In this document: in pieces, positions 9,861-19,214 of the stretch
How positions within the stretch are numbered: the stretch's first letter is position 1
How the letters are laid out: each line of letters begins with the position of its first letter
DNA from: an uncultured virus (IMG/VR IMGVR_UViG_3300042287_000568)
Taxonomy: Duplodnaviria > Heunggongvirae > Uroviricota > Caudoviricetes
Virus record (IMG/VR): IMGVR_UViG_3300042287_000568
Reading direction: 5' to 3' (one strand)
DNA length: 64,000 nt
Notes under the pieces: model-generated
Seen by the model: only the letters and a program-made list of their open reading frames with translations
Databases searched by the model: none
Told to the model about the DNA's origin: nothing
Program-made: the position numbers and the translations under genes

Positions 9861-10118
9861 TTAAACACAACCTGCAGGGTCGTTATTGAGGACGATGTTT
9901 TTGCGCTCAACCCAGCGACGCCCAGTTCCGAGCACTGGAGTTACTTCCAAGTCAAGGTGACCGTATCGTCGGCGAGCCCCGAGAACCATCACATTGACAG
10001 TGAGACCCTCTTGCTCAATCGTTCCGTGACAGTTGAGATATGCGTTTAGGTCTAACTTGCCATCTGTGGTGCGGGCTACCGCTGTGTCGTTAGTTGAGGG
10101 TGTGTCTACAATGTTCAT
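9861..10118 (-). CDS. Hypothetical protein (SH3-like beta protein)
   Basis: AAGGA RBS; 85 aa. Confidence 0.55.
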   Translation of the reverse strand: MNIVDTPSTNDTAVARTTDGKLDLNAYLNCHGTIEQEGLTVNVMVLGARRRYGHLDLEVTPVLGTGRRWVERKNIVLNNDPAGCV

Positions 10119-10222
10119 TTTTTCCTTTTAGTTGATTGTGGTTTGTAGGGTACTGGTAGAAAGCCCCCGTAACAACCTGTTGCCAGATGTCACGAGGGCT
10201 CCCGGGGCTTCGCCCTGAGTCT

Positions 10223-10705
10223 CTACCAAGAACTCTGGTAAGAGAAGTCCCATTCAGGGGGCATGGCGAGGCAAGCCGTGGCGATGTCAATCGTGTCACG
10301 CAAGTCCGAGTAGTAATACTCGTCATACTCGGTGCCACCGAAAAAGAAACCTGACTGCGTTGGGAGCATTGTCTGTGCTGACTCGTCTGTATCTAGCAAG
10401 CCTTTGTCCATGAGAACAATCTCACAGACCTTTTTCAGTTCCTCTAACTTTTCACGGTCTACTGACACCTCACGACAGTCGTCTACGCCACCTTGACAGT
10501 TGTCCACAAACCATTGGTGGATAGCGTTAGCCTTGCGCCAGTATCCAACGCTGATAGAAACTTCGGCACTAGGGAACTCTTTGCGTACAAAGGTCTCTGC
10601 TCCGATAGTTTTCAGAACTCCGTCAAACTGCTCTTTGCTTTTTTCGCCACGCCATTCGGCTGGTGATAGATATTTCTTTGCTGATAGGTATTGGTCTAGT
10701 CCCAT
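10223..10705 (-). CDS. Conserved phage hypothetical protein
   Basis: MGLDQY...YWRKANAIHQWFV...GFFFG...YQSSW pattern. Confidence 0.75.
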   Translation of the reverse strand: MGLDQYLSAKKYLSPAEWRGEKSKEQFDGVLKTIGAETFVRKEFPSAEVSISVGYWRKANAIHQWFVDNCQGGVDDCREVSVDREKLEELKKVCEIVLMDKGLLDTDESAQTMLPTQSGFFFGGTEYDEYYYSDLRDTIDIATACLAMPPEWDFSYQSSW

Positions 10706-10706
10706 T

Positions 10707-10853
10707 TCAGTTTCTTTCTGTGTGTTGTGTGATTAGTAATGACAGAACGGCAACACGCTGTTGCTGATAATCATCTTCGTCAATGGCGTTAGTGCCTCTT
10801 AGGTATTCCAAGTGGTCAAGTTCCATGATTGCTTGTTCCATGTATTCGTTCAT
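10707..10853 (-). CDS. 48-aa hypothetical protein (not in ORF track)
   Basis: Leaderless start after a motif promoter. Confidence 0.55.
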   Translation of the reverse strand: MNEYMEQAIMELDHLEYLRGTNAIDEDDYQQQRVAVLSLLITQHTERN

Positions 10854-10991
10854 GATTACATACTATGGGTAGTAAGGCACAAACACAACCTGACGCAAAA
10901 CTTATCCTGCGAGTCCCGGCGCACACCCCAAAAGGGGGCGGGGTCGCTACCTGTCGGTGCGTGTCCCACCCCCCAATTCGCGGGGAGGCGA

Positions 10992-11411
10992 TTATTTGAT
11001 GAAGCGAGCCACACCCTTGTAGGTGCTGGTGTTGATTGTTTCTTCGTCAGTCATTCTTAGAACGGCAACAGCGTTTTCCAATTCTTCAATTTCGGACTTC
11101 ATTACCCAATCGTTTAGGTTTTCAGGCTCTTTCGGTGCTTTTACGGAAGCAGGGAACTCAATGGTGAGTTCGTACTTGTTCTGTTCCTCGTTGTAGCGGA
11201 AGTTGTGAGACTTGCTGACGCTAGTGACCTTTCCCTTGCCTGCTCGGAACATCTCGGCAAGACTGTCTTGGAAGTCCTTGACAGCCTTTTCGTATTCTTT
11301 TTTCGCCTTTTCGTTGTCGGCGACAGTTTTGTTACGCTCTGCGAGAGCCTTTTCTAATGCGTCAATCACCTTCTTGGTGCTGACCTTTACGCTAATTGGT
11401 TTTTGTGCCAC
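10992..11411 (-). CDS. Hypothetical coiled-coil protein
   Basis: AAGGAG RBS, GTG start, own motif promoter. Confidence 0.7.
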   Translation of the reverse strand: MAQKPISVKVSTKKVIDALEKALAERNKTVADNEKAKKEYEKAVKDFQDSLAEMFRAGKGKVTSVSKSHNFRYNEEQNKYELTIEFPASVKAPKEPENLNDWVMKSEIEELENAVAVLRMTDEETINTSTYKGVARFIK

Positions 11412-11529
11412 TTCGTTTCTCCTTTGTTGTGGTGTAACTCCACTCTAGGGGTAGTAAGGGACACTTCCAACCTTTAGATAGATTTGTTTAGAGGTTGGTA
11501 TTGGGGGTTACTAACCGTAATATGGAGTT

Positions 11530-11955
11530 ATGAATATCTCACAGTTAGAACTAATAAGCATGGTCAAAGAACTGGACAACCTCTTACCCGTTCCAGACAA
11601 CCCAGAGGACTACTCAACGCCTGTGGATTTTGGAACTACTGGCGTTGTTGTCATGTGCGATAGCGGAACTCCGCTGGTCATTAGCACATTTGACGAACCA
11701 ACAGAGATGTTTGGTAATCAGGAAATATCTATTTTTGCTAATGGCTTTGGTCATGTTTTTGTAGTCGCCTACGGTGGTGCTATGAATGTTGATTCAGAAG
11801 AAGCCCATGTCGCTCGTGTTATCTTCGGCTTAACCTGTGACGGACTACAAACTTCGCTCATGCGTTTCTTGGACACAGACGAAGTTATGTGTGATGAGAA
11901 CGGTGAGGCTGGAGATGGAAGTATCCAAACAGAACTCCGAAAGTTGTTCGGCTAG
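11530..11955 (+). CDS. Hypothetical protein
   Basis: Leaderless start after a motif promoter. Confidence 0.7.
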   Translation: MNISQLELISMVKELDNLLPVPDNPEDYSTPVDFGTTGVVVMCDSGTPLVISTFDEPTEMFGNQEISIFANGFGHVFVVAYGGAMNVDSEEAHVARVIFGLTCDGLQTSLMRFLDTDEVMCDENGEAGDGSIQTELRKLFG

Positions 11956-12199
11956 GGCTTTCCGCCACCGTTAGACGATTAGTAACACAGAAAAGACGAA
12001 CCCATGCCGCAGTCCCGAATGTTGAAATACTTGTTTATGATGCTCGTGTTCGCTTACCCCGTGCTGTTCGTGCACCCGGGGCTTGCGCTCATCTGCGCTG
12101 GCGTGAGCATTTGGGCTTGGTCGGTTGCAAAAGATGAGTTTCATAAAGAAATGTAAACCACAGGTTGTTGTTACCCCTTACTACCCGTAGAGTGAAGGC

Positions 12200-12373
12200 A
12201 TGAGTGATTACGAAACCTACATAACACAAACCCACCTAGACATTCGCACGGCAATCATTGCCTACAAGGCGTTGCCTGACACAATTCCCAACCAAGTCAA
12301 GAAGGACATCTGGCAAGCCCTCGTGGAAGCCCTGAACTTGGTTCAGAACGAAATGGCAAAGATTCCCTCGTAA
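12200..12373 (+). CDS. 57-aa hypothetical protein (not in ORF track)
   Basis: MSDYETYITQTH...KIPS; leaderless start. Confidence 0.65.
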   Translation: MSDYETYITQTHLDIRTAIIAYKALPDTIPNQVKKDIWQALVEALNLVQNEMAKIPS

Positions 12374-12412
12374 GAGGTTGTCTTTACCCCCTACTATCCA
12401 TAGAATGAAGTT

Positions 12413-12709
12413 ATGAGCAATACAATTACTTACGAAAACACATCAATCGGACAATGCCTGACCTACGCCAACGACGAGTGGGCATGGGTTATCGGAGACG
12501 CAATAGCGTGTACTGTCAAGAACAGCACCGCCATTGAGTACTGGTCGTACGACACCGTGCGTAACGAACTACTGGTGAAGTACAAGTCGTCACCAACTGG
12601 CTACACCTACTACGGCGTTCCTTTCTCAACCATGTTTGCACTTATGTCTGCTGACAGTCTCGGTGCCTTTATTGCAAAAGAAATCAAGCCCAACTTCTCC
12701 ATTGCGTGA
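12413..12709 (+). CDS. KTSC domain protein
   Basis: STAI...YD....L.V.Y....Y.Y.GVP....ALMSADSLGAFIAKEIK. Confidence 0.8.
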   Translation: MSNTITYENTSIGQCLTYANDEWAWVIGDAIACTVKNSTAIEYWSYDTVRNELLVKYKSSPTGYTYYGVPFSTMFALMSADSLGAFIAKEIKPNFSIA

Positions 12710-12746
12710 AGTTGGCATTACTGCTTACTACCGATAGGATAAGAGT

Positions 12747-13154
12747 ATGAATGTAACACCAATCTCGGTTGCCGAGAAAATAATCAAGGACACAGAACAC
12801 CAAATGAATAACGCCGTACTGTACGGAGTTACCGAAGATGGTTCCAACTTTGAGTTGGGTCGTGCGCCCGATATCTACGACCTGCTTGACAGCGAGTACC
12901 CAAGCAAGGGAATTGTCGGATTAGCCGTACACACAACTGGCTGGGCTGCGCCACTCAACGAAAACGGCGAAGTAGATGGGCAACCAAGCAAACACCCTGA
13001 ACGCAGACGAGTCGCCATTGTGACCGTCATGACAGCCGAAGGCATGGGTTCCGCCCTTTCGTTCGCTGACGAGCCTGACGATATCATCACAGACTCAAGC
13101 GGAACAGGGCAACTCTCCGACGCACTCAAAGAGTGTCTATTGAGACTGTCGTGA
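12747..13154 (+). CDS. Hypothetical protein
   Basis: Leaderless start; GWAAP...PSKHPERRRV. Confidence 0.7.
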   Translation: MNVTPISVAEKIIKDTEHQMNNAVLYGVTEDGSNFELGRAPDIYDLLDSEYPSKGIVGLAVHTTGWAAPLNENGEVDGQPSKHPERRRVAIVTVMTAEGMGSALSFADEPDDIITDSSGTGQLSDALKECLLRLS

Positions 13155-13444
13155 ACAACTGGCAAGGTGGTTGGGCTATCGTCAAAGACGACGACGGCAC
13201 CACGCCTCGCTACATATCTTTCGGTGAACGCCTTGAAGGCCCCGGCACGGATAGTTTCGGAGTTGCGGAAGACAAAATCTTTTGCTATTCCAACTTTGAC
13301 GAAGTGATGCAATTTTATAATGGTCACGCTGATGGTTGGCGCATGGTTGCATGGTTGCCCGTAGAAGTCGGGGCTCATGTCGCATCGCCCTCACTAACTA
13401 TCCCAATGCAACTAATAGACACTCAAGGAATTATTAACACCTAG
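13151..13444 (+). CDS. Hypothetical protein
   Basis: GTG overlaps the upstream stop (GTGA). Confidence 0.55.
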   Translation: MNNWQGGWAIVKDDDGTTPRYISFGERLEGPGTDSFGVAEDKIFCYSNFDEVMQFYNGHADGWRMVAWLPVEVGAHVASPSLTIPMQLIDTQGIINT

Positions 13445-13480
13445 GTTGTTTCTACCCTTTACTATCCGTAGAATGAAGTT

Positions 13481-13681
13481 ATGAATACAGACATAACAAA
13501 GACCCCCTTTTCAGAACTAGACCACGAAGTGCAGGACGCTTATGTCCTAGATGCGTTCAATGCCCTAGTAAATAGTGGTGGAGAAGTGCCGTACGGATTA
13601 GTGACAGGTGACGATGGTGACCATTGGGATTACCAGCCAGCGTGTGACTTGGCAGAGCAGAACTACAACGACGAAGATTAA
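13481..13681 (+). CDS. Small acidic hypothetical protein
   Basis: Leaderless start after a motif promoter. Confidence 0.65.
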   Translation: MNTDITKTPFSELDHEVQDAYVLDAFNALVNSGGEVPYGLVTGDDGDHWDYQPACDLAEQNYNDED

Positions 13682-13717
13682 GTTGTGTCTGTCCCTTACT
13701 ACCGATAAGATGAAGTT

Positions 13718-14143
13718 ATGAATGAAACAATTATCGCTACTGGCGAAATAACCAATTCCTGCAACTGTCTTACCTTTGAGGAAGATGGTGAAACAAAGTC
13801 GGTAGATACCGATTACGGCTCAACTTGCTACGGCGATTGTTGGCAATTTGCGGTTGAGGACTTTGCAATGATTACGGAAGAACTCCGTAACTCTAACGAA
13901 ACTGACTGGTGGAAAGTGTCTAACTTGCGCCTATGGAGTGGCGAAGTATCAGGATACTTCCATGCTAAGACGGTTGCAGACCTGATTGAGGGCATGACAG
14001 TCCGTAGCGACTGGCGCATGACTTACGAAATACACGCCGACAGAATTGAGTATTCTCTCTCGCACCATGACGCCCCAATGGGTAGCACAAGCACCTTGAC
14101 AGCCGTATCGGAAGAACAGCGTGAAGAATTGGGCTTGTACTAA
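13718..14143 (+). CDS. Acidic hypothetical protein
   Basis: Leaderless start after a motif promoter. Confidence 0.7.
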   Translation: MNETIIATGEITNSCNCLTFEEDGETKSVDTDYGSTCYGDCWQFAVEDFAMITEELRNSNETDWWKVSNLRLWSGEVSGYFHAKTVADLIEGMTVRSDWRMTYEIHADRIEYSLSHHDAPMGSTSTLTAVSEEQREELGLY

Positions 14144-14279
14144 TGAAGCCCCAACAACCCCGTGAGGAAGACGGACAACTCCATTACGGCAAGTGTCCCT
14201 GCAACGAGTGTGAAACTTGGGCTTGGGCATTGCTTGACTGGGAAGACCAAGAACGAAAAGAAGGAAGAGACCCACACTC

Positions 14280-14510
14280 ATGAAAGTAAAGACACTCTTA
14301 GAGATGCTCAGTCGCCACAGCCCCGAAGAAGAACTCTGCGTTCTGTATTGGGACAAAGAACAGTTTGACTACCGTGACGACGAACACGAAGTCCTCACCA
14401 CGGAAGCGTGGGCAGAAGTATGCAAAGAGTTTGACGAATGGGAAGACGCGGGGCACCAGGTCTCGGAGTGGATTGCAGATGCAGTCATAGAAAAAGTAGA
14501 ACTGAAATGA
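14280..14510 (+). CDS. Small acidic hypothetical protein
   Basis: 76-aa ORF in the operon. Confidence 0.6.
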   Translation: MKVKTLLEMLSRHSPEEELCVLYWDKEQFDYRDDEHEVLTTEAWAEVCKEFDEWEDAGHQVSEWIADAVIEKVELK

Positions 14511-14818
14511 GTCAAGGCAAAAGACTCACCGACGAACACTTGCGTGAAGTAGCCCGTGTATACAACGAGGCACTTGAGTCCCGTTCGGCGACTCAAGCGT
14601 ATGGTCACGTGCAGAGTACGGTAGCAAAACACTTTGACTTGCCGAAATCAACTGCGCAAAAACAAATCATGGCGTGCCGTGACCGGGGCTATATTCTGAC
14701 GGCTGAAGAACTTAGGTTGCGACAAAGAGTAGAAAAGTTGCAGAGAGAATATGACAAGGCAAAAGAAACGATAGAAAGGTTGTCGTTAGTCCTTACTACC
14801 GATAAAGTGAAACTATGA
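14507..14818 (+). CDS. HTH DNA-binding protein with coiled-coil tail
   Basis: VAKHFDLPKSTAQKQIMACRDRGYI; ATGA coupling. Confidence 0.6.
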   Translation: MSQGKRLTDEHLREVARVYNEALESRSATQAYGHVQSTVAKHFDLPKSTAQKQIMACRDRGYILTAEELRLRQRVEKLQREYDKAKETIERLSLVLTTDKVKL

Positions 14819-15180
14819 AACTTACTAGAGCACTTATTATCCCCGCCGAAGGTATGCCGACTACAACCATGGTCGCATCACCCGCAGGTGACTTCATCAA
14901 CGCCACAGTCGGCGGTTGGTTTGACTGCGTTCGTAGTGAGCGTTTCCATGGCTATGTCAATGACACGGGTCTGATTGACGGACTTCCGTTCAACCCGATT
15001 GCAAGCATTGTCTTTGGTCAAGTCATTTGTGGCAACGCCATTGCGTTCGGTTCTTTCAACTTGGAGAACGAGTACGATGGCGATGAACACCATATCGGTG
15101 AAGACATCATTGAGGCTGTGAAGCGCCAGTGGTTCTTGTGGAAGCACAACGCTGACGAACGAGAAATGAGAACTGTCTAA
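14815..15180 (+). CDS. DUF3846-like protein
   Basis: VGGWFD.V...YVND.G...GLPFNPIAS...ICGNA. Confidence 0.7.
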   Translation: MKLTRALIIPAEGMPTTTMVASPAGDFINATVGGWFDCVRSERFHGYVNDTGLIDGLPFNPIASIVFGQVICGNAIAFGSFNLENEYDGDEHHIGEDIIEAVKRQWFLWKHNADEREMRTV

Positions 15181-15462
15181 TGGGTTGGTACATTTACTGT
15201 TTCATTTTGGGTTTTGCTATTGCTAAGGCAGACTGGTCGGGAATGTTCTCAGATGCCCCGATGGATTGCACTCACGCATGGCAGAACAACCATTGTTATG
15301 TGTGTGGAGATGAACGATGAGACTCTTCCGCCACCGTAAGACGATTAGAAAAGTGATAATCCCCCCGAACGGCACTAAATCGTTCACGAACAAGGGCTCA
15401 TACTCGGGCTCGGGTCTCGGGGCTGTGCGTGTGAGCGCAGGCTTGCCGAACGCAGGAATGTT

Positions 15463-15483
15463 TGTGGATAAATCTGTGGATAA
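15463..15483 (-). promoter_or_regulatory. Two perfect DnaA boxes (TTATCCACA)
   Basis: TGTGGATAA at 15463-15471 and 15475-15483, just upstream of promoter 15501. Confidence 0.7.
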
Positions 15484-15535
15484 GTTTCTGAACGAAAAAG
15501 TTGTTTTTACCCCCTACTACCCCCATAATGGAGAC

Positions 15536-15700
15536 ATGAAGGGGAAGGAGGAAAAATTGAACAAGTCACATCGTGTGGCAATGGCGCAGGCTCTCTTGGC
15601 AGAGTTGTCTGAGGCTACTGCCCGTTACGGTGCTGGCAACAAAGGCGTAAAGCGTCTCCACCGCATGGTGCGAGCGATGGTCGCCGAGTTGCTCGCCTAG
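15536..15700 (+). CDS. Small hypothetical protein
   Basis: ATG at promoter TTG+35. Confidence 0.55.
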   Translation: MKGKEEKLNKSHRVAMAQALLAELSEATARYGAGNKGVKRLHRMVRAMVAELLA

Positions 15701-15714
15701 TAGCGCAACAGCAC

Positions 15715-15948
15715 ACCGAGTGAGACTCGGCGCACGGGGGAGCGTGGCAACAGAATCCCCCTACCACCCCCACAGGCGTTGCCGTGGGCGTTCACGGAGC
15801 ATGGCTCTGAGGCGCAGGGTTGGTGTCCCCCACACGGGGGCCCCGCTACCAGCCTGCCTTGCGTTGGAACTCAGAGTGCCGTGAATACCTACGGGAGCGT
15901 CGGGCGGGACCCCTTCCCTCATTCATTCCCGTCCGACCCCATTTTTTA
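15715..15948 (+). ncRNA. Candidate structured ncRNA ending in a terminator
   Basis: GC-rich nested stems (CCGAGT/ACTCGG, GGGGG/CCCCC, TTCACGG/CCGTGAA, CTCTGAG/CTCAGAG, GCAGG/CCTGC), then GTCGGGCGGGA/TCCCGTCCGAC and a T run. Confidence 0.5.
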
Positions 15949-15990
15949 TTGAGGGTTGTTATTGCCCTTTACTACCCGTAAGATGAATGT

Positions 15991-16161
15991 ATGCCTAAAA
16001 GAACAGCAGTAATACAAGAAGTGACTCAAAAGGAACTGGATAAAATAATCCAATGGGCTGACAGGCTCGGAGCACACTACGGGTACAACGCTTCCAAGCG
16101 TGGGTACCAAATCAATGGTGTCGTTTACCGAACGCCAGCGTTCTCGCTAGGGGACGAGTGA
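15991..16161 (+). CDS. 56-aa hypothetical protein (not in ORF track)
   Basis: MPKRTAVIQEV...; leaderless start. Confidence 0.6.
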   Translation: MPKRTAVIQEVTQKELDKIIQWADRLGAHYGYNASKRGYQINGVVYRTPAFSLGDE

Positions 16162-16332
16162 TGAGCGAGCCCCGACTTCTGTCTGACCTCATTCGTGAAG
16201 TGACTGGTTACTCCAAATGCTGGAACTGTGGAACTGTTGCGAAGGTGTCCGGGACTCCGCCAGTGTGCGCTAACTGTGAAAACGACCCAACAAAAAGTTG
16301 TGATTACCCCTTACTACCCGTAGAATGAAGTC

Positions 16333-16581
16333 ATGGATATAAAAGAAATAAGACCCGAACTACTGGCGTACTACAAAACCTATGTAGGTAAGCGAGTACA
16401 ACTAATCAGTTGCTCTGACCCGTACACGAAACTTGTTCGTGGCGATGAGGGCATTGTTACTTCCGTAGATTCGTTCGGAACTGTTCATGTGAACTGGGAC
16501 AACGGCTCTAGTCTCGGACTTGTGTACCGAGAAGATAACTTCTCTTTGGTTGAGCCTCTTCCGCCACCGTCTGACGATTAG
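16333..16581 (+). CDS. DUF4314-like protein
   Basis: GKRVQL...DPY..L..G.EG.V..VD..GTVHVNWDNGSSLGL....D. Confidence 0.8.
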   Translation: MDIKEIRPELLAYYKTYVGKRVQLISCSDPYTKLVRGDEGIVTSVDSFGTVHVNWDNGSSLGLVYREDNFSLVEPLPPPSDD

Positions 16582-16650
16582 AAAACACAAAAACCCCTCA
16601 CCCCGCTGCGAGCAGGGTCGGGGCTGCGCCCACGACGAAAACTGTCGCAC

Positions 16651-16672
16651 TTTTCCACAACCCTGTGGATAA
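16651..16672. promoter_or_regulatory. DnaA box pair (one 8/9, one perfect)
   Basis: TTTTCCACA 16651-16659 and TGTGGATAA 16664-16672, upstream of promoter 16691. Confidence 0.6.
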
Positions 16673-16750
16673 GTTTATTTGTGCATGAGGTTGTCTTTAC
16701 CCTTTACTACCCATAAAGTGAAGTATCAAACAACACAGAAAGAGGAAAGT

Positions 16751-16936
16751 ATGAGTGACTGCACACAGACACAACCTAATTGCGAAGAACCACCCGAATA
16801 CGAGTTCTCAAAAAACGAGACCGTAGATACGGATTGCGGCGATTGCGGCGAGACATTTAGTTTTACGCCTGACGGTGGCTGGCTCATATGGTACGCCTAC
16901 GAAGTTGAGTGCCCAAATTGCTACGGGGAGTGGTAA
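16751..16936 (+). CDS. Small zinc-ribbon protein
   Basis: GAGG RBS; CGDCG...CPNC. Confidence 0.6.
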   Translation: MSDCTQTQPNCEEPPEYEFSKNETVDTDCGDCGETFSFTPDGGWLIWYAYEVECPNCYGEW

Positions 16937-17166
16937 TGATTACGGAAACTGAAATAACGGTGGCACTTCCGAAAGGAGACCCTGAATGGGTGGACAAGTT
17001 CCTCATCGCTTGGGGCGCACTTGCCGAGTCGTTAGACTCGTTCTACGAACTCGCCGAGCAGACGCCACTTGGCTTCATGGGACTCGTGAACTCGGGGCTC
17101 AAAATCACGGAGAAAGCACTCATTGACATTGAGAAGGCAGTTGTGAAGCACAACATGGTGAACTGA
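16936..17166 (+). CDS. Hypothetical protein
   Basis: GGAG RBS, TAATG coupling. Confidence 0.6.
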   Translation: MITETEITVALPKGDPEWVDKFLIAWGALAESLDSFYELAEQTPLGFMGLVNSGLKITEKALIDIEKAVVKHNMVN

Positions 17167-17440
17167 TGGGACTGATTACGAACTACATTGCGTACAGAGT
17201 TGGCAAGCGAGTTGCGACACGCAGTCGCCCTTCGGGAGCCCAGCATTACGCCGTTCAGGGCGACCCTGAGTGTTTGAACTACGAGTCGTTCTGCAAGAAC
17301 TACGGAAGTTGCGATGACATGGAATGTGAGTACGAGCAATGAACCCGGGGCACCCACGTGCGACGCCCCTAATGCGAGAACTTCTGAAATAATCCGCAAT
17401 AAAAGTTGTGATTACCCCTTACTACCCATATCATGGAGTT

Positions 17441-17674
17441 ATGAAAGAAAAATACACAGACACTTTTCAGGGCTTACTTGACATGGAGTACTACTCCATC
17501 GGCGTAACTGGCGCTGAGGCGCTATGCAATATGCTTGGCGACTTCAACGATGGTAGCCTCACCGAGTTTCTTGCCGAGCAGGAAGTCGCTGAAGCCGAGT
17601 TCCTGATGACCGTGAACCGTCTCGCTGTGAAGTGGGCTAGCGAGAACGTACTGAACGTGATGGTGAAAGGGTGA
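17441..17674 (+). CDS. Hypothetical protein
   Basis: Leaderless ATG at TTG+35. Confidence 0.65.
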   Translation: MKEKYTDTFQGLLDMEYYSIGVTGAEALCNMLGDFNDGSLTEFLAEQEVAEAEFLMTVNRLAVKWASENVLNVMVKG

Positions 17675-18132
17675 CGCTCATCTGCACTAACTGCGGTGTG
17701 GGGGCCCCGGCTACTCAGCAACAAGGCAACTTTATTGACTACGGCTGGTCGCTAAACAACTGCTCTCTAGGTCACTACGGTGGCTTCTCTGACAACTTCC
17801 CATGTGATGAGAGAAATCTGTCTACTGACAAACAGTACGCACACTTATGCCATGACTGCTGCGTGAAGATGCTTGAAGCACTTCCGGGGCTGGCTAAGTA
17901 CCTGTTTCCCAACGGCGGTGGTCACCCGAACGTAAATGGCTTTCCAAACAGCGGTAGGAACACAAGTGTTGACGGCACTGGCATAGACATTCCCTCGTGC
18001 TGTGAGTACGCATGGACTTGGAGTGGAGAGTGCGAGGGTTGCAATGACCCAATCACTTACTTCGGAGCCCCGAATGGCGGATGGCGCAAACGAGAGTGCC
18101 TTAGATGCAAGGTGAAACAAATTCCAGAATGA
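17671..18132 (+). CDS. Cys-rich zinc-binding hypothetical protein
   Basis: Multiple CxxC; GTGA coupling. Confidence 0.6.
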   Translation: MTLICTNCGVGAPATQQQGNFIDYGWSLNNCSLGHYGGFSDNFPCDERNLSTDKQYAHLCHDCCVKMLEALPGLAKYLFPNGGGHPNVNGFPNSGRNTSVDGTGIDIPSCCEYAWTWSGECEGCNDPITYFGAPNGGWRKRECLRCKVKQIPE

Positions 18133-18320
18133 GGTTGTTATTACCCGTTACTACCCGTAAGATAGAAGTATGAAGTTGTGAAACTGGCGGACACGCGAAG
18201 ACACAACCTCTACCTACAACAAGAGAGTAAACAATGGAATATTTAGGCTTTCTTGCAACAGTATGTTTTTTATTCGTACTGGTTGCTTACACAATCAAGC
18301 ACTATTAGACTCGGGGCTAC

Positions 18321-18512
18321 ATGGCTCAGTACAAATGCGACTTTTGCGACCACGAAGTAGACCCTAGGTCAGCAAGCGTTTATCACTTAATTACAGGGTG
18401 GGCTAAAGGCGCAACACAGAATGTGAAGTATGTGGACACAAACCACCACAAGTACGCACATGAGTTCTGCATGCCCCGCAATGCCGGTGACGACCAACCA
18501 TCTTTGTTCTGA
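18321..18512 (+). CDS. Small zinc-finger protein
   Basis: CDFC...HEFC. Confidence 0.55.
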   Translation: MAQYKCDFCDHEVDPRSASVYHLITGWAKGATQNVKYVDTNHHKYAHEFCMPRNAGDDQPSLF

Positions 18513-18564
18513 TAAATCTCAACGAGAGGTTGTTGTTTTGACTTCTTATCGGTATTATGGACTT

Positions 18565-18876
18565 ATGAACAACATTACTATGACAGGAACAAACCTCATG
18601 GTTGATGGAAAGGTTGTTGCATCTATCAGCAACTTCCCATCTCTCCGTGATGCTTTGTTTGACAAATTGACTCGTACCGAAGCCGTGTATCTAGCAGTAG
18701 CCCTAATGGGTGAGGCTCGCACAGTTGCCGTAGCAGAACTGCTTGACATGGACAAGGCTAACGCAACCAAGCGTCTGCTGTCTTTGGAAGAAGAAGGCAG
18801 AGTGGAAGTCATTGACGACTGCAACACACTCGGTAAGCCGGGGCGTCCTTCACGAGTCTGGGCAATCGCCGACTAA
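18565..18876 (+). CDS. Winged-helix (MarR/TrmB-like) DNA-binding protein
   Basis: VAELLDMDKANATKRLLSLEEEGRV...GRPSRVW; leaderless start. Confidence 0.7.
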   Translation: MNNITMTGTNLMVDGKVVASISNFPSLRDALFDKLTRTEAVYLAVALMGEARTVAVAELLDMDKANATKRLLSLEEEGRVEVIDDCNTLGKPGRPSRVWAIAD

Positions 18877-19002
18877 ATGCTTTCCGCCACCGTTAAAGGA
18901 TTAGAAACACTTAATTCTTGTGACGCAAGGAAACAAAAACCACTAAAACCGTCGGAATAATCCGATGTTGCTTTTACCCTTTACTACCGATAGACTGGAA
19001 TT

Positions 19003-19170
19003 ATGAAAGATGAACTAACAGGAAACCCCTATGTCTGCGAACACGCCAGATATGTCCGCCTCTACGACCTCACCGGGGCTCAAGCCGCAGGCGTACTGCT
19101 GTGCGAAGACGAGTCTGAGCGTGACCAAGCCTGCTTCCGCTTCATTGACATCAACGCCCGTGCTCGGTAG
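19003..19170 (+). CDS. 55-aa hypothetical protein (not in ORF track)
   Basis: Leaderless ATG at TTG+35. Confidence 0.55.
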   Translation: MKDELTGNPYVCEHARYVRLYDLTGAQAAGVLLCEDESERDQACFRFIDINARAR

Positions 19171-19214
19171 CCCAGCATTTGTGTTTGCGACAATGTAGGG
19201 ATAATGTTTAGACT

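Larger units (their letters stand above)
5957..11470 (-). promoter_or_regulatory. Seven leftward copies of the conserved early promoter (TTG-N20-TANNNT, CCTTACTACC spacer)
   Basis: -35 TTG begins (minus strand) at 5992, 8270, 8965, 9870, 10175, 10888 and 11470; three have ATG exactly 35 nt downstream (8930, 9835, 10853), four have RBS-bearing leaders. Confidence 0.85.

Noticed and set aside
10500..10508. TTGTCCACA inside a coding sequence, and near-boxes at about 583 and 42651
   Set aside because: Isolated and coding or mismatched; compatible with chance.
15317..15535. N-terminal extension of ORF 15317-15700, and similar extensions at 16679, 17408, 18430 and 26601
   Set aside because: They read through upstream motif, DnaA-box, promoter or terminator sequence; downstream ATGs fit promoter or RBS geometry.
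19180..19214. dif-like site (TTGCGACAATGTAGGGATAATGTTTA)
   Set aside because: Poor match to XerC/XerD arms; better explained as a promoter for the gene at 19215.
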